A stretch of DNA of 64,000 nt from SAR202 cluster bacterium (GCA_009392195.1 VFGY01000024.1:20481-84480); one strand, 5' to 3'; counted from the first letter of the stretch, positions 18,027-27,627 are shown. The notes: generated from the letters alone by a model not told the origin. Numbers and translations are program-made.

Positions 18027-20927
18027 ATGCAAAAAATCGACACATCATCGGTAGTTGAATTAGCAGAAAGTATAAAACCTAACCTCCAAGGTGAAATGAA
18101 ATTCGACAGCTTGACTAAAGCTCTTTATTCTACTGACGCAAGTATTTATCAAATTGAACCAGCTGGAGTTATCACTCCCAAATCAAAAGAAGATGTTTGT
18201 TTGGTTATCGAAGCTGCTAATAAATTCAACATACCGATTTTATCTCGAGGAGGAGGTACTAGTTTAGCTGGTCAAACTGTAACCCCTGGAATAGTAATCG
18301 ATTTCTCAAAATATATGAACAATATCACTCATATAAACCAAGAAGAAAATACAGTCACAACACAACCCGGTATAATAATCGATCAGTTAAATAATTCCAT
18401 CAAACACTTGGGAGTTCATTTTGCACCAGACCCAAGTACGAGTAACCGCGCCACTGTAGGCGGTGCTATTGGTAACAACTCATGTGGGTCTCATAGCATA
18501 TTATGGGGTAAAACGGTTGATAACGTTATCAGTCTACAAACAATTCTTTCCGACGGATCAGAAACGAATTTTGGTGCAACTGATATTAAATCCTTAGGTA
18601 AATATAATAACGGTAATAATCTGAAAACTAATATTTATGAGTGGATTAAAGAAACAAACCATTCTAAATCTAAGTATATTATTGAAAATTACCCCAAAAT
18701 ATCTAGAAGGGTTTCAGGATATAACCTCGACGAAATCACTGATGCAAATCACCTGAATCTTGCAGGACTACTGGTGGGATCAGAAGGAACTTTAGTAACA
18801 GTGACAGAGGCAAAGATTAAAGTAGTACCTACACCCAAACACAAAGCATTAGCAATCGCTCATTTTTCTTCTTTATATCAATCTATGGAAGCTACAGTTG
18901 AAATAGTAAATTTAGAACCATCGGCCGTTGAGCTAGTAGATAAATCCATACTAAGACCTGCTAAATCAAACCTAGGATATTCTAGGTTAATGAACTTTGT
19001 TACTGGAGACCCGGAAGCGATACTAATAATCGAAGTCAACTCAAACGATGAATTAGAACTCAATTCAAAATTATCAAAGATTACTGCTAAACTAAAATCT
19101 ACTGGTCTGTCTTATGAAGTTACCGAAATCATTGACCCCTCAGAACAAGCAAAGGTTTGGGCTGTGAGAAAAGCTGGGCTGGGATTAATGATGAATGTCA
19201 AAGGAAATTCGAAACCATTACCATTCGTAGAAGATACAGCTGTCGATACTTCCCTCCTACCACAATACGTAAAAAGGTTCGATGAGATAGTTAAAGAACA
19301 TGGAACTTCAGCTGGTTATTACGGTCATGCTAGTGTTGGATGTTTACATATCAGACCTTTAATAAATTTAAACGTACAAGATGGCATAGACAAAATGTTC
19401 TCACTATCTGAATCAATAAGTGATTTGGTACTTGAGTTTGGAGGGTCATTAAGTGGAGAACATGGAGACGGTATAGTTAGAAGTAGTTGGAATAAAAAAA
19501 TGTTTGGGGCAGATATCTACGCTATATTTAAGTCTTTAAAAACCACCTTTGACCCCAAAACATTGATGAATCCTGGAAAAATAGTCGATTCTTATCAAAT
19601 GACTGAAAATTTAAGAATTAGCCCTGAAATTAAAATTAACGATATTTCAGGACATTTTTCATTTTCCGAGGAAGGTGGATTTTCTAATGCCATTGAAATG
19701 TGTAATGGACAAGGCGCTTGCCGCAAACTTGATGGAGGAATGTGTCCCTCGTATATGGCCACTCTTGATGAGGAACATAGCACTAGAGGAAGAGCCAATG
19801 CACTTAGAGCGCTGATTTCTAACCGAATTCCTTGGGATAGTACCAATGCTAAACGTATACACGAAGTGCTCGATTTATGCCTCGAATGCAAGGCATGTAA
19901 ATCCGAATGTCCTTCTGGCGTAGATATGGCTAAAATGAAATATGAGTTTTTGTCCAAATATTATAAACAGAACCGCATTCCACTGAGAAATAAGCTATTC
20001 GGGAATATTGCTCAGCTTAGTAAATTAGGAGCATTTTTCGCTCCTATTTCAAATTGGATATTAGGTTCAGATGAATTTAAGTCATATTTGCATTCCATTT
20101 TGGGGATTACAAAAAATCGGAACCTGCCACTATATGCGACTCAAACTTTCAATCAATGGTTTAAATCAAGAGAACAAATCGAAGATGAATCTTTAGATAA
20201 AATAGTCATGTTTGTGGATACTTTTACGAACTACAATTATCCAAATATTGGTAAGTCTGCCACTCTTTTATTAGAAAAACTTGGCTACCAAATAATAATA
20301 CCTAAAATTAAATGCTGCGGTAAGCCATTTATGTCTCAGGGAATGACCGAAAAAGCAATTAACAACGCTAACTATAACGTGGAGCAATTATATCAATTTG
20401 TTGATAATGATATAGAAATACTTGGGCTAGAACCAAGTTGCACATTAACTTTAAAAGAGGATTATCCAGACCTTATTCCAAACAATCCTAAAGCAAAGGC
20501 TTTATCTGAAAAAATAATCCAACCTGAAAGTTTGATTGAACAATGTATTTCCAAATTACATGATGATAATTTTACCCCTCCAGGCAATATATTTTATCAA
20601 AATCACTGCCATCAAAAATCTTTTGTTGGCAGCGCGATCAATAAATTAATGAAAATACCAAATTGCCAACCAATTGAAGTAGGTACCGGATGCTGTGGAA
20701 TGGCAGGTTCATTTGGCTTTGAAAAAGAACACTATGATATATCAATGAAAATCGGAGAAATTAACTTATTGAATCAGATTAATTCAATTACCTCCGAAAG
20801 CAAAATTGTAGCTTCAGGAGTTTCTTGCAGGCAACAAATTGGACATTTAACTAACACGAGACCTCAACATCTTGTGGAATTTTTGCTAAATACTTTTACA
20901 GAATATACTGACTTAAACCAAATATAA
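18027..20927 (+). CDS. fused FAD-binding oxidase / 4Fe-4S / CCG-domain oxidoreductase (GlcD-GlcF fusion, YdiJ-like D-2-hydroxyacid dehydrogenase family)
   Basis: 966 aa. The N-terminal part is an FAD_binding_4 domain (SRGGGTSLAGQ). The middle has two Cys clusters (CNGQGACRK..MCPSY; CLECKACKSECPSG). The C-terminus has CCG motifs (KCCG, GCCGMAGSFG). Confidence 0.9.
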   Translation: MQKIDTSSVVELAESIKPNLQGEMKFDSLTKALYSTDASIYQIEPAGVITPKSKEDVCLVIEAANKFNIPILSRGGGTSLAGQTVTPGIVIDFSKYMNNITHINQEENTVTTQPGIIIDQLNNSIKHLGVHFAPDPSTSNRATVGGAIGNNSCGSHSILWGKTVDNVISLQTILSDGSETNFGATDIKSLGKYNNGNNLKTNIYEWIKETNHSKSKYIIENYPKISRRVSGYNLDEITDANHLNLAGLLVGSEGTLVTVTEAKIKVVPTPKHKALAIAHFSSLYQSMEATVEIVNLEPSAVELVDKSILRPAKSNLGYSRLMNFVTGDPEAILIIEVNSNDELELNSKLSKITAKLKSTGLSYEVTEIIDPSEQAKVWAVRKAGLGLMMNVKGNSKPLPFVEDTAVDTSLLPQYVKRFDEIVKEHGTSAGYYGHASVGCLHIRPLINLNVQDGIDKMFSLSESISDLVLEFGGSLSGEHGDGIVRSSWNKKMFGADIYAIFKSLKTTFDPKTLMNPGKIVDSYQMTENLRISPEIKINDISGHFSFSEEGGFSNAIEMCNGQGACRKLDGGMCPSYMATLDEEHSTRGRANALRALISNRIPWDSTNAKRIHEVLDLCLECKACKSECPSGVDMAKMKYEFLSKYYKQNRIPLRNKLFGNIAQLSKLGAFFAPISNWILGSDEFKSYLHSILGITKNRNLPLYATQTFNQWFKSREQIEDESLDKIVMFVDTFTNYNYPNIGKSATLLLEKLGYQIIIPKIKCCGKPFMSQGMTEKAINNANYNVEQLYQFVDNDIEILGLEPSCTLTLKEDYPDLIPNNPKAKALSEKIIQPESLIEQCISKLHDDNFTPPGNIFYQNHCHQKSFVGSAINKLMKIPNCQPIEVGTGCCGMAGSFGFEKEHYDISMKIGEINLLNQINSITSESKIVASGVSCRQQIGHLTNTRPQHLVEFLLNTFTEYTDLNQI

Positions 20928-21479
20928 ATGCACACCATATTTCAAAGAAAAAAATCAGAAACAATAATTTGGGTGATCTCTATATTATCAGCGGTTACAA
21001 TATTAAATTGTACTGAAGAAAAATTTATTAATGAAACAACCACCACCGAATCCTCCCAGAATCTGAAATCATTAACGACTAGAGTGAAAGAATCCATCGA
21101 ATATTTAAATTTGGAAAATTGGATTGAGTTACACGGATATCAAAACCCAAAACTAAGAGAACAAAGGTTTCCATTCGGACTGGAAATTGCTCAACCGTGC
21201 TCCCAAGAAACTTTTATATTTAACATGGTATCTGTGACCGAAAAAATCAAATCGGAAAACAGCCTACCACAAGAAACAAATTTGAATTTTCAACTTGAAA
21301 TGATATCAATAGGGACTACAACAAATATTGGAACCGCTATTATAAACACCTATGCAAATAACAATAACACATTGATCCACCAATTTAAGCAAAGATGGAT
21401 ATATAGAGAAAATCAATGGTGGCATCAAGAAGAAAACATGCAAGAAACCTGTGAAAATCTAGGTTCTGGTATAAATTAA
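20928..21479 (+). CDS. hypothetical secreted protein or lipoprotein
   Basis: 183 aa. The ATG directly abuts the upstream stop (TAAATG). The N-terminal hydrophobic segment ends ILNC, a possible lipobox. I recognise no family. Confidence 0.5.
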   Translation: MHTIFQRKKSETIIWVISILSAVTILNCTEEKFINETTTTESSQNLKSLTTRVKESIEYLNLENWIELHGYQNPKLREQRFPFGLEIAQPCSQETFIFNMVSVTEKIKSENSLPQETNLNFQLEMISIGTTTNIGTAIINTYANNNNTLIHQFKQRWIYRENQWWHQEENMQETCENLGSGIN

Positions 21480-21493
21480 AGTGATATGTGAAT

Positions 21494-21763
21494 TCAAGGC
21501 ACTAATCGTTTTATTTCAATAGCACGATTATCTCTAGTCAATGTTAATTTCAGAGCTTCACCCACAACCAAAGTATTCATCGTAATTTCATCAACGATAA
21601 TTAATTGCTGCTCTACCAATATATGGTAATCACCAAAGTCGCTTTTACTTTTGTCTACTAGTCTACCTTCAATCACTTTATATGGAGGAAGTATTTTGCA
21701 AAGAGATATAATTGATTTAATTGGCAAAAAAACTAATGTGATTATCCAAATAAATATTTTCAA
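21494..21763 (-). CDS. hypothetical N-terminally anchored small protein
   Basis: 89 aa with one N-terminal TM helix (IFIWIITLVFLPI) and a beta-rich C-terminal part. It lies downstream of bioY on the same strand. Confidence 0.45.
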   Translation of the reverse strand: MKIFIWIITLVFLPIKSIISLCKILPPYKVIEGRLVDKSKSDFGDYHILVEQQLIIVDEITMNTLVVGEALKLTLTRDNRAIEIKRLVP

Positions 21764-21815
21764 ATCACCATTCCATCAAACTAAGTAAATTTAGAATCCG
21801 GATAGTATTCAAAAT

Positions 21816-22559
21816 CTAATCTTTTTGTAATTTATCTTTTATTCTTTTTACTAGTGACCAAATACCTGGAACCGCTAGCATAGCCAAAAGTAACTTTAAT
21901 GCATCACCCGCAATAAATGGGTAAAGCCCTCCTCTAAGCGTTTTGTCTATAACGCCAGACCCTGATATTGCATCAAAATACGTAATATCCATCCCTGGAA
22001 TTTTCACTCCGGAGCCTATAAATACCCCTAACCACATTAAACCAAATACATAAATTGATAAGTTACCAATAAACATTGCAAGAGGGATCCTCGAATTTCT
22101 GTCCCATCCTTTTTCCGCCAACTTACCAACTAAATATGCAGCTGCGACAAATCCTAATATATATCCGCCACTTGACAAGTCCCATATAGCGCCGTTGCTT
22201 CCTGACCAAGGAAATATAAAATGTATAGTTGATCCTTCAGATATTAATTCGCTTAATTTACCACTACTAGGAGCAAAAACAGGCAACCCTACTAAGCCTA
22301 ATAACATATAAACAAACATACTTGCCGCTCCCCTGTTACTACCTAAAACCGTACCTGCAATTAAAACACCAAATGTCTGGCCTGTTATTGGTACGGTAGT
22401 AGTAGGGATTTTTATCGCTATTTGGGCACAAACACCTACCAATATTGCAAAACCCAAAATTATTATGGCTTCAACAGTTATTCTCCTTGTTAGTGGTAAT
22501 GAACCTATACTAGGAAAGGCTGCATCAACCAAAACTCCTCTAGATACGGTCGTTAGCAT
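21816..22559 (-). CDS. bioY: biotin transporter S-component BioY
   Basis: 247 aa with the typical BioY core (GVCAQIAIKIPTTTVPITGQTFGVLIAG..., FIAGDALKLLLA). It carries roughly 25 extra N-terminal residues. Confidence 0.85.
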   Translation of the reverse strand: MLTTVSRGVLVDAAFPSIGSLPLTRRITVEAIIILGFAILVGVCAQIAIKIPTTTVPITGQTFGVLIAGTVLGSNRGAASMFVYMLLGLVGLPVFAPSSGKLSELISEGSTIHFIFPWSGSNGAIWDLSSGGYILGFVAAAYLVGKLAEKGWDRNSRIPLAMFIGNLSIYVFGLMWLGVFIGSGVKIPGMDITYFDAISGSGVIDKTLRGGLYPFIAGDALKLLLAMLAVPGIWSLVKRIKDKLQKD

Positions 22560-22658
22560 GAAAAATCCTCCGAATAGTCAAATGTAACATTTTTTAAGTA
22601 GTTAGCTTTTAAAGTATATGAAAATAATAACGAGAGTATTATAAATCAATTCTAATGA

Positions 22659-22826
22659 TTATAATTCGTAATCTCGTTTCGCAGGAGCGTAAATTGATTC
22701 TTCGTCTACTTCAGGCGGCATATTAGTATTACCTATACCCTTATTTGTAAATCTCAAGAATAAGACGGAAATAGCTCCTAGCACCGCGATCGGAATAGCC
22801 TTAAGAAAGTTTCTTCTAGCATTCAA
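22659..22826 (-). CDS. candidate 55-aa membrane micro-protein with a twin-arginine-like N-terminus (not in the ORF track)
   Basis: TTG start with AAGGA 8 nt upstream and an in-frame TGA a few codons further up. It translates to MNARRNFLKAIPIAVLGAISVLFLRFTNKGIGNTNMPPEVDEESIYAPAKRDYEL. It fills an otherwise empty 447-nt gap in a compact genome. Confidence 0.35.
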   Translation of the reverse strand: MNARRNFLKAIPIAVLGAISVLFLRFTNKGIGNTNMPPEVDEESIYAPAKRDYEL

Positions 22827-23006
22827 TTTAGTAATCCTTAATTTTATTAATCAATGAATCGTATTATAACCCCAGGGACTAGGGCTATCAATAATAATTA
22901 TTTGTGCATTATCGAAGTTTAAAATGATATAATCCCATTCGTATTGAATTCCAATTCGAATTTATTGGAATCTTGTACCAATCAATAAACGAAATCGAGG
23001 TCTATT

Positions 23007-24026
23007 ATGGTTACAAAATCTCCTATTTTACCTACTTCAGTTGTTGGCAGCTATGCTACTCCCAGCTGGTTAATAACAGCAATCCAAGAAATGGACAAGG
23101 GGAACTACGGACAAACAGACATAGATGAAACATTTAACGACGCGGTAAAAGTAGCAATCTCAGACCAGGAACAAGCCGGTATAGATATCATAAGTGATGG
23201 TGAAATGAGAAGATGGCATTTTGTACAGAGTTTTTACAAGAAAATGACTGGAATCCAAAGAGAGCCGGACCTGCGCAAAATTGGAGTATATGGTTATGAT
23301 AGTCCAGCCCGATATAAGGCTGTGAGTAAAATTGAAGTGCCTGAAGGCTTAGGCATCATAGAAGAATTTGATTACCTAAAAACACAAACGAATTTACCAG
23401 TGAAAATGACTTGCCCTGGCCCATTAACTCTAACCATTCATGTACGACCAGGAGAAATATATAAAAACAGAATAGATATGGCATGGGAATTAGCAGACGT
23501 TATTAACCGTGAACTAAAATCACTAGTAGCAAAAGGGGCAAATTTTATTCAAATCGATGAACCATCATTTGCTATTATACCTGGAGAAATGGATGATTGG
23601 ATTGACCTATATAATGCAACAGTTAAAGATGTGAACGCTAAATTAGCACTGCATGTATGTTTTGGAAATTTGGGTAGCAGACCTCGAGGTAAACGCCAAT
23701 ATGAATGGATGTTTCCAAAACTGCTTGATGCCAACGCTGAGCAATTGGTATTAGAATACGCAAATCGTGAAATGATTGAAGCTGACCTTTGGTCTAAATA
23801 CGACATACCGAACGAATTAGGCGCAGGTGTTGTAGACATCAAATCATTTCACGTTGAAACGCCAGAAGACGTTGCTGAAAGGATAAGAATCCTACTTAAA
23901 CATACCAATCCAGAAAAAATGTCCATAAATCCTGATTGTGGTTTTTTCCAATTACCTAGATGGCTAGCATACAAAAAGCTTCAAGCTTTGGTTGCTGGAA
24001 CCCAACTTGTACGATCTGAATTATGA
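23007..24026 (+). CDS. single-domain (core) cobalamin-independent methionine synthase, MetE C-terminal catalytic domain only
   Basis: 339 aa. It has the Meth_synt_2-type pattern with Zn ligand motifs LALHVCFGN (H.C) and INPDCGF, plus ISDGEMRR. The N-terminal folate-binding barrel of full-length MetE is absent. Confidence 0.88.
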   Translation: MVTKSPILPTSVVGSYATPSWLITAIQEMDKGNYGQTDIDETFNDAVKVAISDQEQAGIDIISDGEMRRWHFVQSFYKKMTGIQREPDLRKIGVYGYDSPARYKAVSKIEVPEGLGIIEEFDYLKTQTNLPVKMTCPGPLTLTIHVRPGEIYKNRIDMAWELADVINRELKSLVAKGANFIQIDEPSFAIIPGEMDDWIDLYNATVKDVNAKLALHVCFGNLGSRPRGKRQYEWMFPKLLDANAEQLVLEYANREMIEADLWSKYDIPNELGAGVVDIKSFHVETPEDVAERIRILLKHTNPEKMSINPDCGFFQLPRWLAYKKLQALVAGTQLVRSEL

Positions 24027-24062
24027 TATTAAACTAGTGATTTTATTTTAAGGAATAAGAAT

Positions 24063-24755
24063 ATGTCCATTTACCAACAACTAGCCAAATTTGATTCCCC
24101 AACAATATTTAATGCCGTCGATAAATACATTAATGAATCCAAAACCTATTCTAGAGACACTCATTCATTAATGTATACAGATAAGACCATAAAATGTTTA
24201 TTACCTGAGCTAGGTAGCATAGTTGGTAAAGCGGTAACTGCAGAGGTTACAACAAATGACCCCGATTCAAAATCAATCCCATGGGATGACTATTATTCAA
24301 CCTTAGAAGATTTAGAAGGTCCAATCGTATCAGTTATAAAGGATGTGGATTCCAATCCAGGAAGGGGCGCTTGCTTTGGCGATGGAATGGCATATGGACA
24401 CAAGATGTTAGGCGTCACAGGAGCCATAGTAGATGGTACCGTAAGAGACCTATATGGGATTAAAGAAGCTGGTCTGCCAATATGGGCTAATGGACTAGTA
24501 CCTGGCCATGGCACATTTAATTTGATAAGTGTGAATTCATCACTAACCATAGGCAGTTTAAGAATCCAAGAAAATGATATATTGGTCGCAGATATAAATG
24601 GATGTACAAAAATTCCAAAAGAATTTAATGCAGAAGAAATTCTAAATCTTGCTGTACAAATAAGGGAATTCGAACAAAATATATTTGAAATATATCAGAA
24701 ACCAAATATGACTTATTCTGAAGCAAGAAAGGAAATCAATCAGATCACAAAGTAA
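24063..24755 (+). CDS. RraA-family protein (RraA / HMG-CHA aldolase-like)
   Basis: 230 aa with the family core GRGACFGDGMAYGHKMLGVTGAIVDGTVRD. Confidence 0.85.
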   Translation: MSIYQQLAKFDSPTIFNAVDKYINESKTYSRDTHSLMYTDKTIKCLLPELGSIVGKAVTAEVTTNDPDSKSIPWDDYYSTLEDLEGPIVSVIKDVDSNPGRGACFGDGMAYGHKMLGVTGAIVDGTVRDLYGIKEAGLPIWANGLVPGHGTFNLISVNSSLTIGSLRIQENDILVADINGCTKIPKEFNAEEILNLAVQIREFEQNIFEIYQKPNMTYSEARKEINQITK

Positions 24756-24772
24756 CCATTGTTAATCCTATT

Positions 24773-26470
24773 TCAACGGTTAAATTCAGAAGTGACTGCT
24801 CCTAATGATGCTGAAGAAACCAATTTCGCATATTTCCCCATTACTCCCCCAGCATAATTCTGCTTTGGAGCTTTCCACTTCAACTTCCTATCTGATAAAA
24901 TTTCTTCAGACAAATTCACATTGAGAGTACGTTTATCAACATCCAATGTAACAATATCTCCATTTTCTAATAGAGAAATAGGACCTCCAACAGCAGCTTC
25001 AGGAGCTACATGTCCAATCATAGGTCCATGAGTCGCACCAGAAAACCGTCCATCCGTTAACAAAAGAGTAGACGATCCTAAACCTTTACCCATAATAGCA
25101 CCTGTAACTGCAAGCATCTCCTGCATCCCTGGTCCACCTTTAGGCCCTTCATAACGTATCACAACTACATCTCCATCTTTTATTTGGCCTTTAGTGACAC
25201 CTTCAAAAGCAGATCTTTCTCCATTAAAAACTTTCACAGGCCCTTCATGCTTCAATGTCTTTGTACCAGACACTTTCAAAACCGCCCCTTCAGGAGCAAG
25301 ATTTCCTTTGAGTATTACTAATCCTCCCGTAGCGCTACGCGGCTTATCTATCGACCTAACAACTTCACCATCGGTACTTGAATCAACCGTTGACAGGTTT
25401 TCTGCAATTGTTTTGCCATTAACTGTTATCGCATCTCCATGCAAAAGACCTGCATTAAGTAATTGTTTCATTACAACAGGAACACCTCCAACCTTATCTA
25501 AATCTGACATCACATAACGTCCAGATGGCCTCAAATTTGTAAGATAGGGAGTAGTTCTACTCAATTTATCAAAATCATCAATTTCCAATGACACTCCTGC
25601 TTCATGTGCGATAGCTAACAAATGTAAAACTGAATTTGTTGATCCTCCCATCGCTAAAACAACCCGTATTGCATTCTCAAAAGCTTCTAGGGTCATAATA
25701 TCCCTTGGTTTAATATCTTTATCTAACATTGAGTACAAGAATGACCCCGCCTGCCTCGCTGTTGTTTCATTCCTTCTGTCGACAGCAGGAATAGATGAAG
25801 TTCCAGGCAATGACATACCCATTGCTTCTATAGCTGACGCCATTGTATTTGCAGTAAACATACCTGAACAAGCACCTTCACCAGGACATGCTACTCGTTC
25901 CATACCAATCAATTCATCCAAGGTAATATCGCCCTGAGAGTATGTACCTACTGCTTCATACATATCCTGTATGTTAATATCATTACCTTTGTAATTGCCT
26001 GGTAATATAGCTCCACCATATACAAATATCGCTGGGCGGTTTAATCGAGCCATTGCCATCATAGCGCCAGGCATATTTTTATCGCAAGCGGCTACAACTA
26101 TAAGCCCATCCATACCTTCAGCAAATGTTACTGTTTCTATAGAATCAGCAATAACTTCTCTACTAACTAGAGAAGCCTTCATCCCATCAGTTCCCATAGA
26201 TATCCCATCACTCACTGTGATAGTTCCAAACATAAAGGGGACAGCATTAGCTTCCCAAATACCAGATTTAACCTTATCTGCCAAACGGGTCAAATGAACA
26301 TTACACGGAGTGACATCGCTGGCTAAATTTGCTAATGCCACAAACGGTTTTTCCATATCCTCATCACTTAATCCTACAGCTCTTAACATAGACCTCGCGG
26401 GGGCTCTGCTTGGACCTTCTGATATGGCTGCACTTTTCGCTTTCAACTTAAGTTTAGATTTTGATGTCAT
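24773..26470 (-). CDS. ilvD: dihydroxy-acid dehydratase
   Basis: 565 aa. Conserved blocks are present: AACDKNMPGAMMAM, MGGSTNSVLHLLA, TDGRFSGATHG. Confidence 0.96.
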   Translation of the reverse strand: MTSKSKLKLKAKSAAISEGPSRAPARSMLRAVGLSDEDMEKPFVALANLASDVTPCNVHLTRLADKVKSGIWEANAVPFMFGTITVSDGISMGTDGMKASLVSREVIADSIETVTFAEGMDGLIVVAACDKNMPGAMMAMARLNRPAIFVYGGAILPGNYKGNDINIQDMYEAVGTYSQGDITLDELIGMERVACPGEGACSGMFTANTMASAIEAMGMSLPGTSSIPAVDRRNETTARQAGSFLYSMLDKDIKPRDIMTLEAFENAIRVVLAMGGSTNSVLHLLAIAHEAGVSLEIDDFDKLSRTTPYLTNLRPSGRYVMSDLDKVGGVPVVMKQLLNAGLLHGDAITVNGKTIAENLSTVDSSTDGEVVRSIDKPRSATGGLVILKGNLAPEGAVLKVSGTKTLKHEGPVKVFNGERSAFEGVTKGQIKDGDVVVIRYEGPKGGPGMQEMLAVTGAIMGKGLGSSTLLLTDGRFSGATHGPMIGHVAPEAAVGGPISLLENGDIVTLDVDKRTLNVNLSEEILSDRKLKWKAPKQNYAGGVMGKYAKLVSSASLGAVTSEFNR

Positions 26471-26588
26471 AACTACACTCCCTAATATCTATCACTTACA
26501 TATTATTCCTATGGTTTAGATTATTCGCTAGACAAATAATTGTTACTTTTAAAGTTATTTCAAAAAATCACCAACAGTTTTCTTGATT

Positions 26589-27335
26589 TCATAATGAACT
26601 TCTAAATCGATTATTTAACGGCCTTTTTACAGGGATCCCTGGATTCCTTGGCAAATAATCAGGTGTTTTATTTATTTTATCTATAATCACTAAAGTTCCC
26701 AATCTATCACTAGATATCTGATATGAAATATTAGATTTCAATTCTCCTCCCATCAAGTTTATCGATTGTAATGACTCTTTCAATTCACTTTCTAAATTAT
26801 TGCCTTTATGAAAAACCGCTATTCCGCCAATTTTCAATAGTCCCAAGGTCAATTCTGACAACACATCTATTCTAGAAATACCACGACCTAAAACAACATC
26901 AAATGCCTCTCTAAAATCCGATTCTTTACTTATTGATTCAGACCTGTCATTAATAATAGTAACTTGATTCAAATTTAAAGTATCAACTACATGATTCAAA
27001 AATTTAGTCTTTTTCTGATTAGACTCTATCAACCACATATTAAATGCCGGATTGATTATTTTTATAGGTAATCCAGGAAACCCTGCTCCCGTTCCAACAT
27101 CTACTATATCTATAGAAGTATCCTTAAACTTATTCAACCATTTATTCAGTACTAGCGAATCAAGAATGTGCTTCAACATAAACTCATCATATCCTGATAT
27201 TGCGGTAAGGTTCACGGTAGAGTTCCATTCCTCAACCAACTGATAGTAAATTTCAAACAATCTTAAATTGTCATCATCTAAATCTAGATTCAAATATTGC
27301 TTAGCATTTATTTGTAAAAAGTTATTTCCCATCAA
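26589..27335 (-). CDS. rsmG: 16S rRNA (guanine527-N7)-methyltransferase
   Basis: 248 aa with the GidB pattern NLTAI....F..KHILDS and the SAM motif DVGTGAGFPGLPIKI. Confidence 0.9.
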   Translation of the reverse strand: MMGNNFLQINAKQYLNLDLDDDNLRLFEIYYQLVEEWNSTVNLTAISGYDEFMLKHILDSLVLNKWLNKFKDTSIDIVDVGTGAGFPGLPIKIINPAFNMWLIESNQKKTKFLNHVVDTLNLNQVTIINDRSESISKESDFREAFDVVLGRGISRIDVLSELTLGLLKIGGIAVFHKGNNLESELKESLQSINLMGGELKSNISYQISSDRLGTLVIIDKINKTPDYLPRNPGIPVKRPLNNRFRSSL

Positions 27336-27440
27336 AAAACCTTAGCGGTTCAAATAGATATTTCTCAAATAATCCAATCTCTATCATTATTACACTCCTA
27401 TTCAAAAACTCTCAAATCCTAGTACATGCAATTATGGCGA

Positions 27441-27469
27441 TTGACACATTAATTAATACAAATTACACT
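27441..27469 (+). promoter_or_regulatory. sigma-70-like promoter for the thi leader
   Basis: TTGACA (27441-27446), a 17-nt spacer, then TACACT (27464-27469). This lies about 20 nt upstream of the riboswitch aptamer. Confidence 0.5.
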
Positions 27470-27487
27470 TTTACTTAAAACATTAAT

Positions 27488-27578
27488 ATCGGGGAGCCTG
27501 CAATTGCAAGCTGAGAGGTCCGTGAATATGGCGGACGACCCATCAAACCTGATCTGGGTAATACCAGCGTAGGGAAAA
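27488..27578 (+). promoter_or_regulatory. TPP (THI-box) riboswitch aptamer
   Basis: The sequence GGGGAGCC...GCUGAGAGG...GACCCAUCAAACCUGAUCUGGGUAAUACCAGCGUAGGGAA matches the invariant CUGAGA and ACCUGAUCUGG.UAAU.CCAGCGUAGGGAA cores. It lies upstream of thiB. Confidence 0.93.
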
Positions 27579-27591
27579 GATGAAATTAAGG

Positions 27592-27627
27592 TCCACGCCA
27601 TACATTTAGCGTGGATTTTTTTATTTT
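27592..27627 (+). terminator. intrinsic terminator forming the riboswitch expression platform
   Basis: Stem TCCACGC (27592-27598) pairs with GCGTGGA (27609-27615) across a 10-nt loop, followed by TTTTTTTATTTT. It ends 15 nt before the thiB start. Confidence 0.75.
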
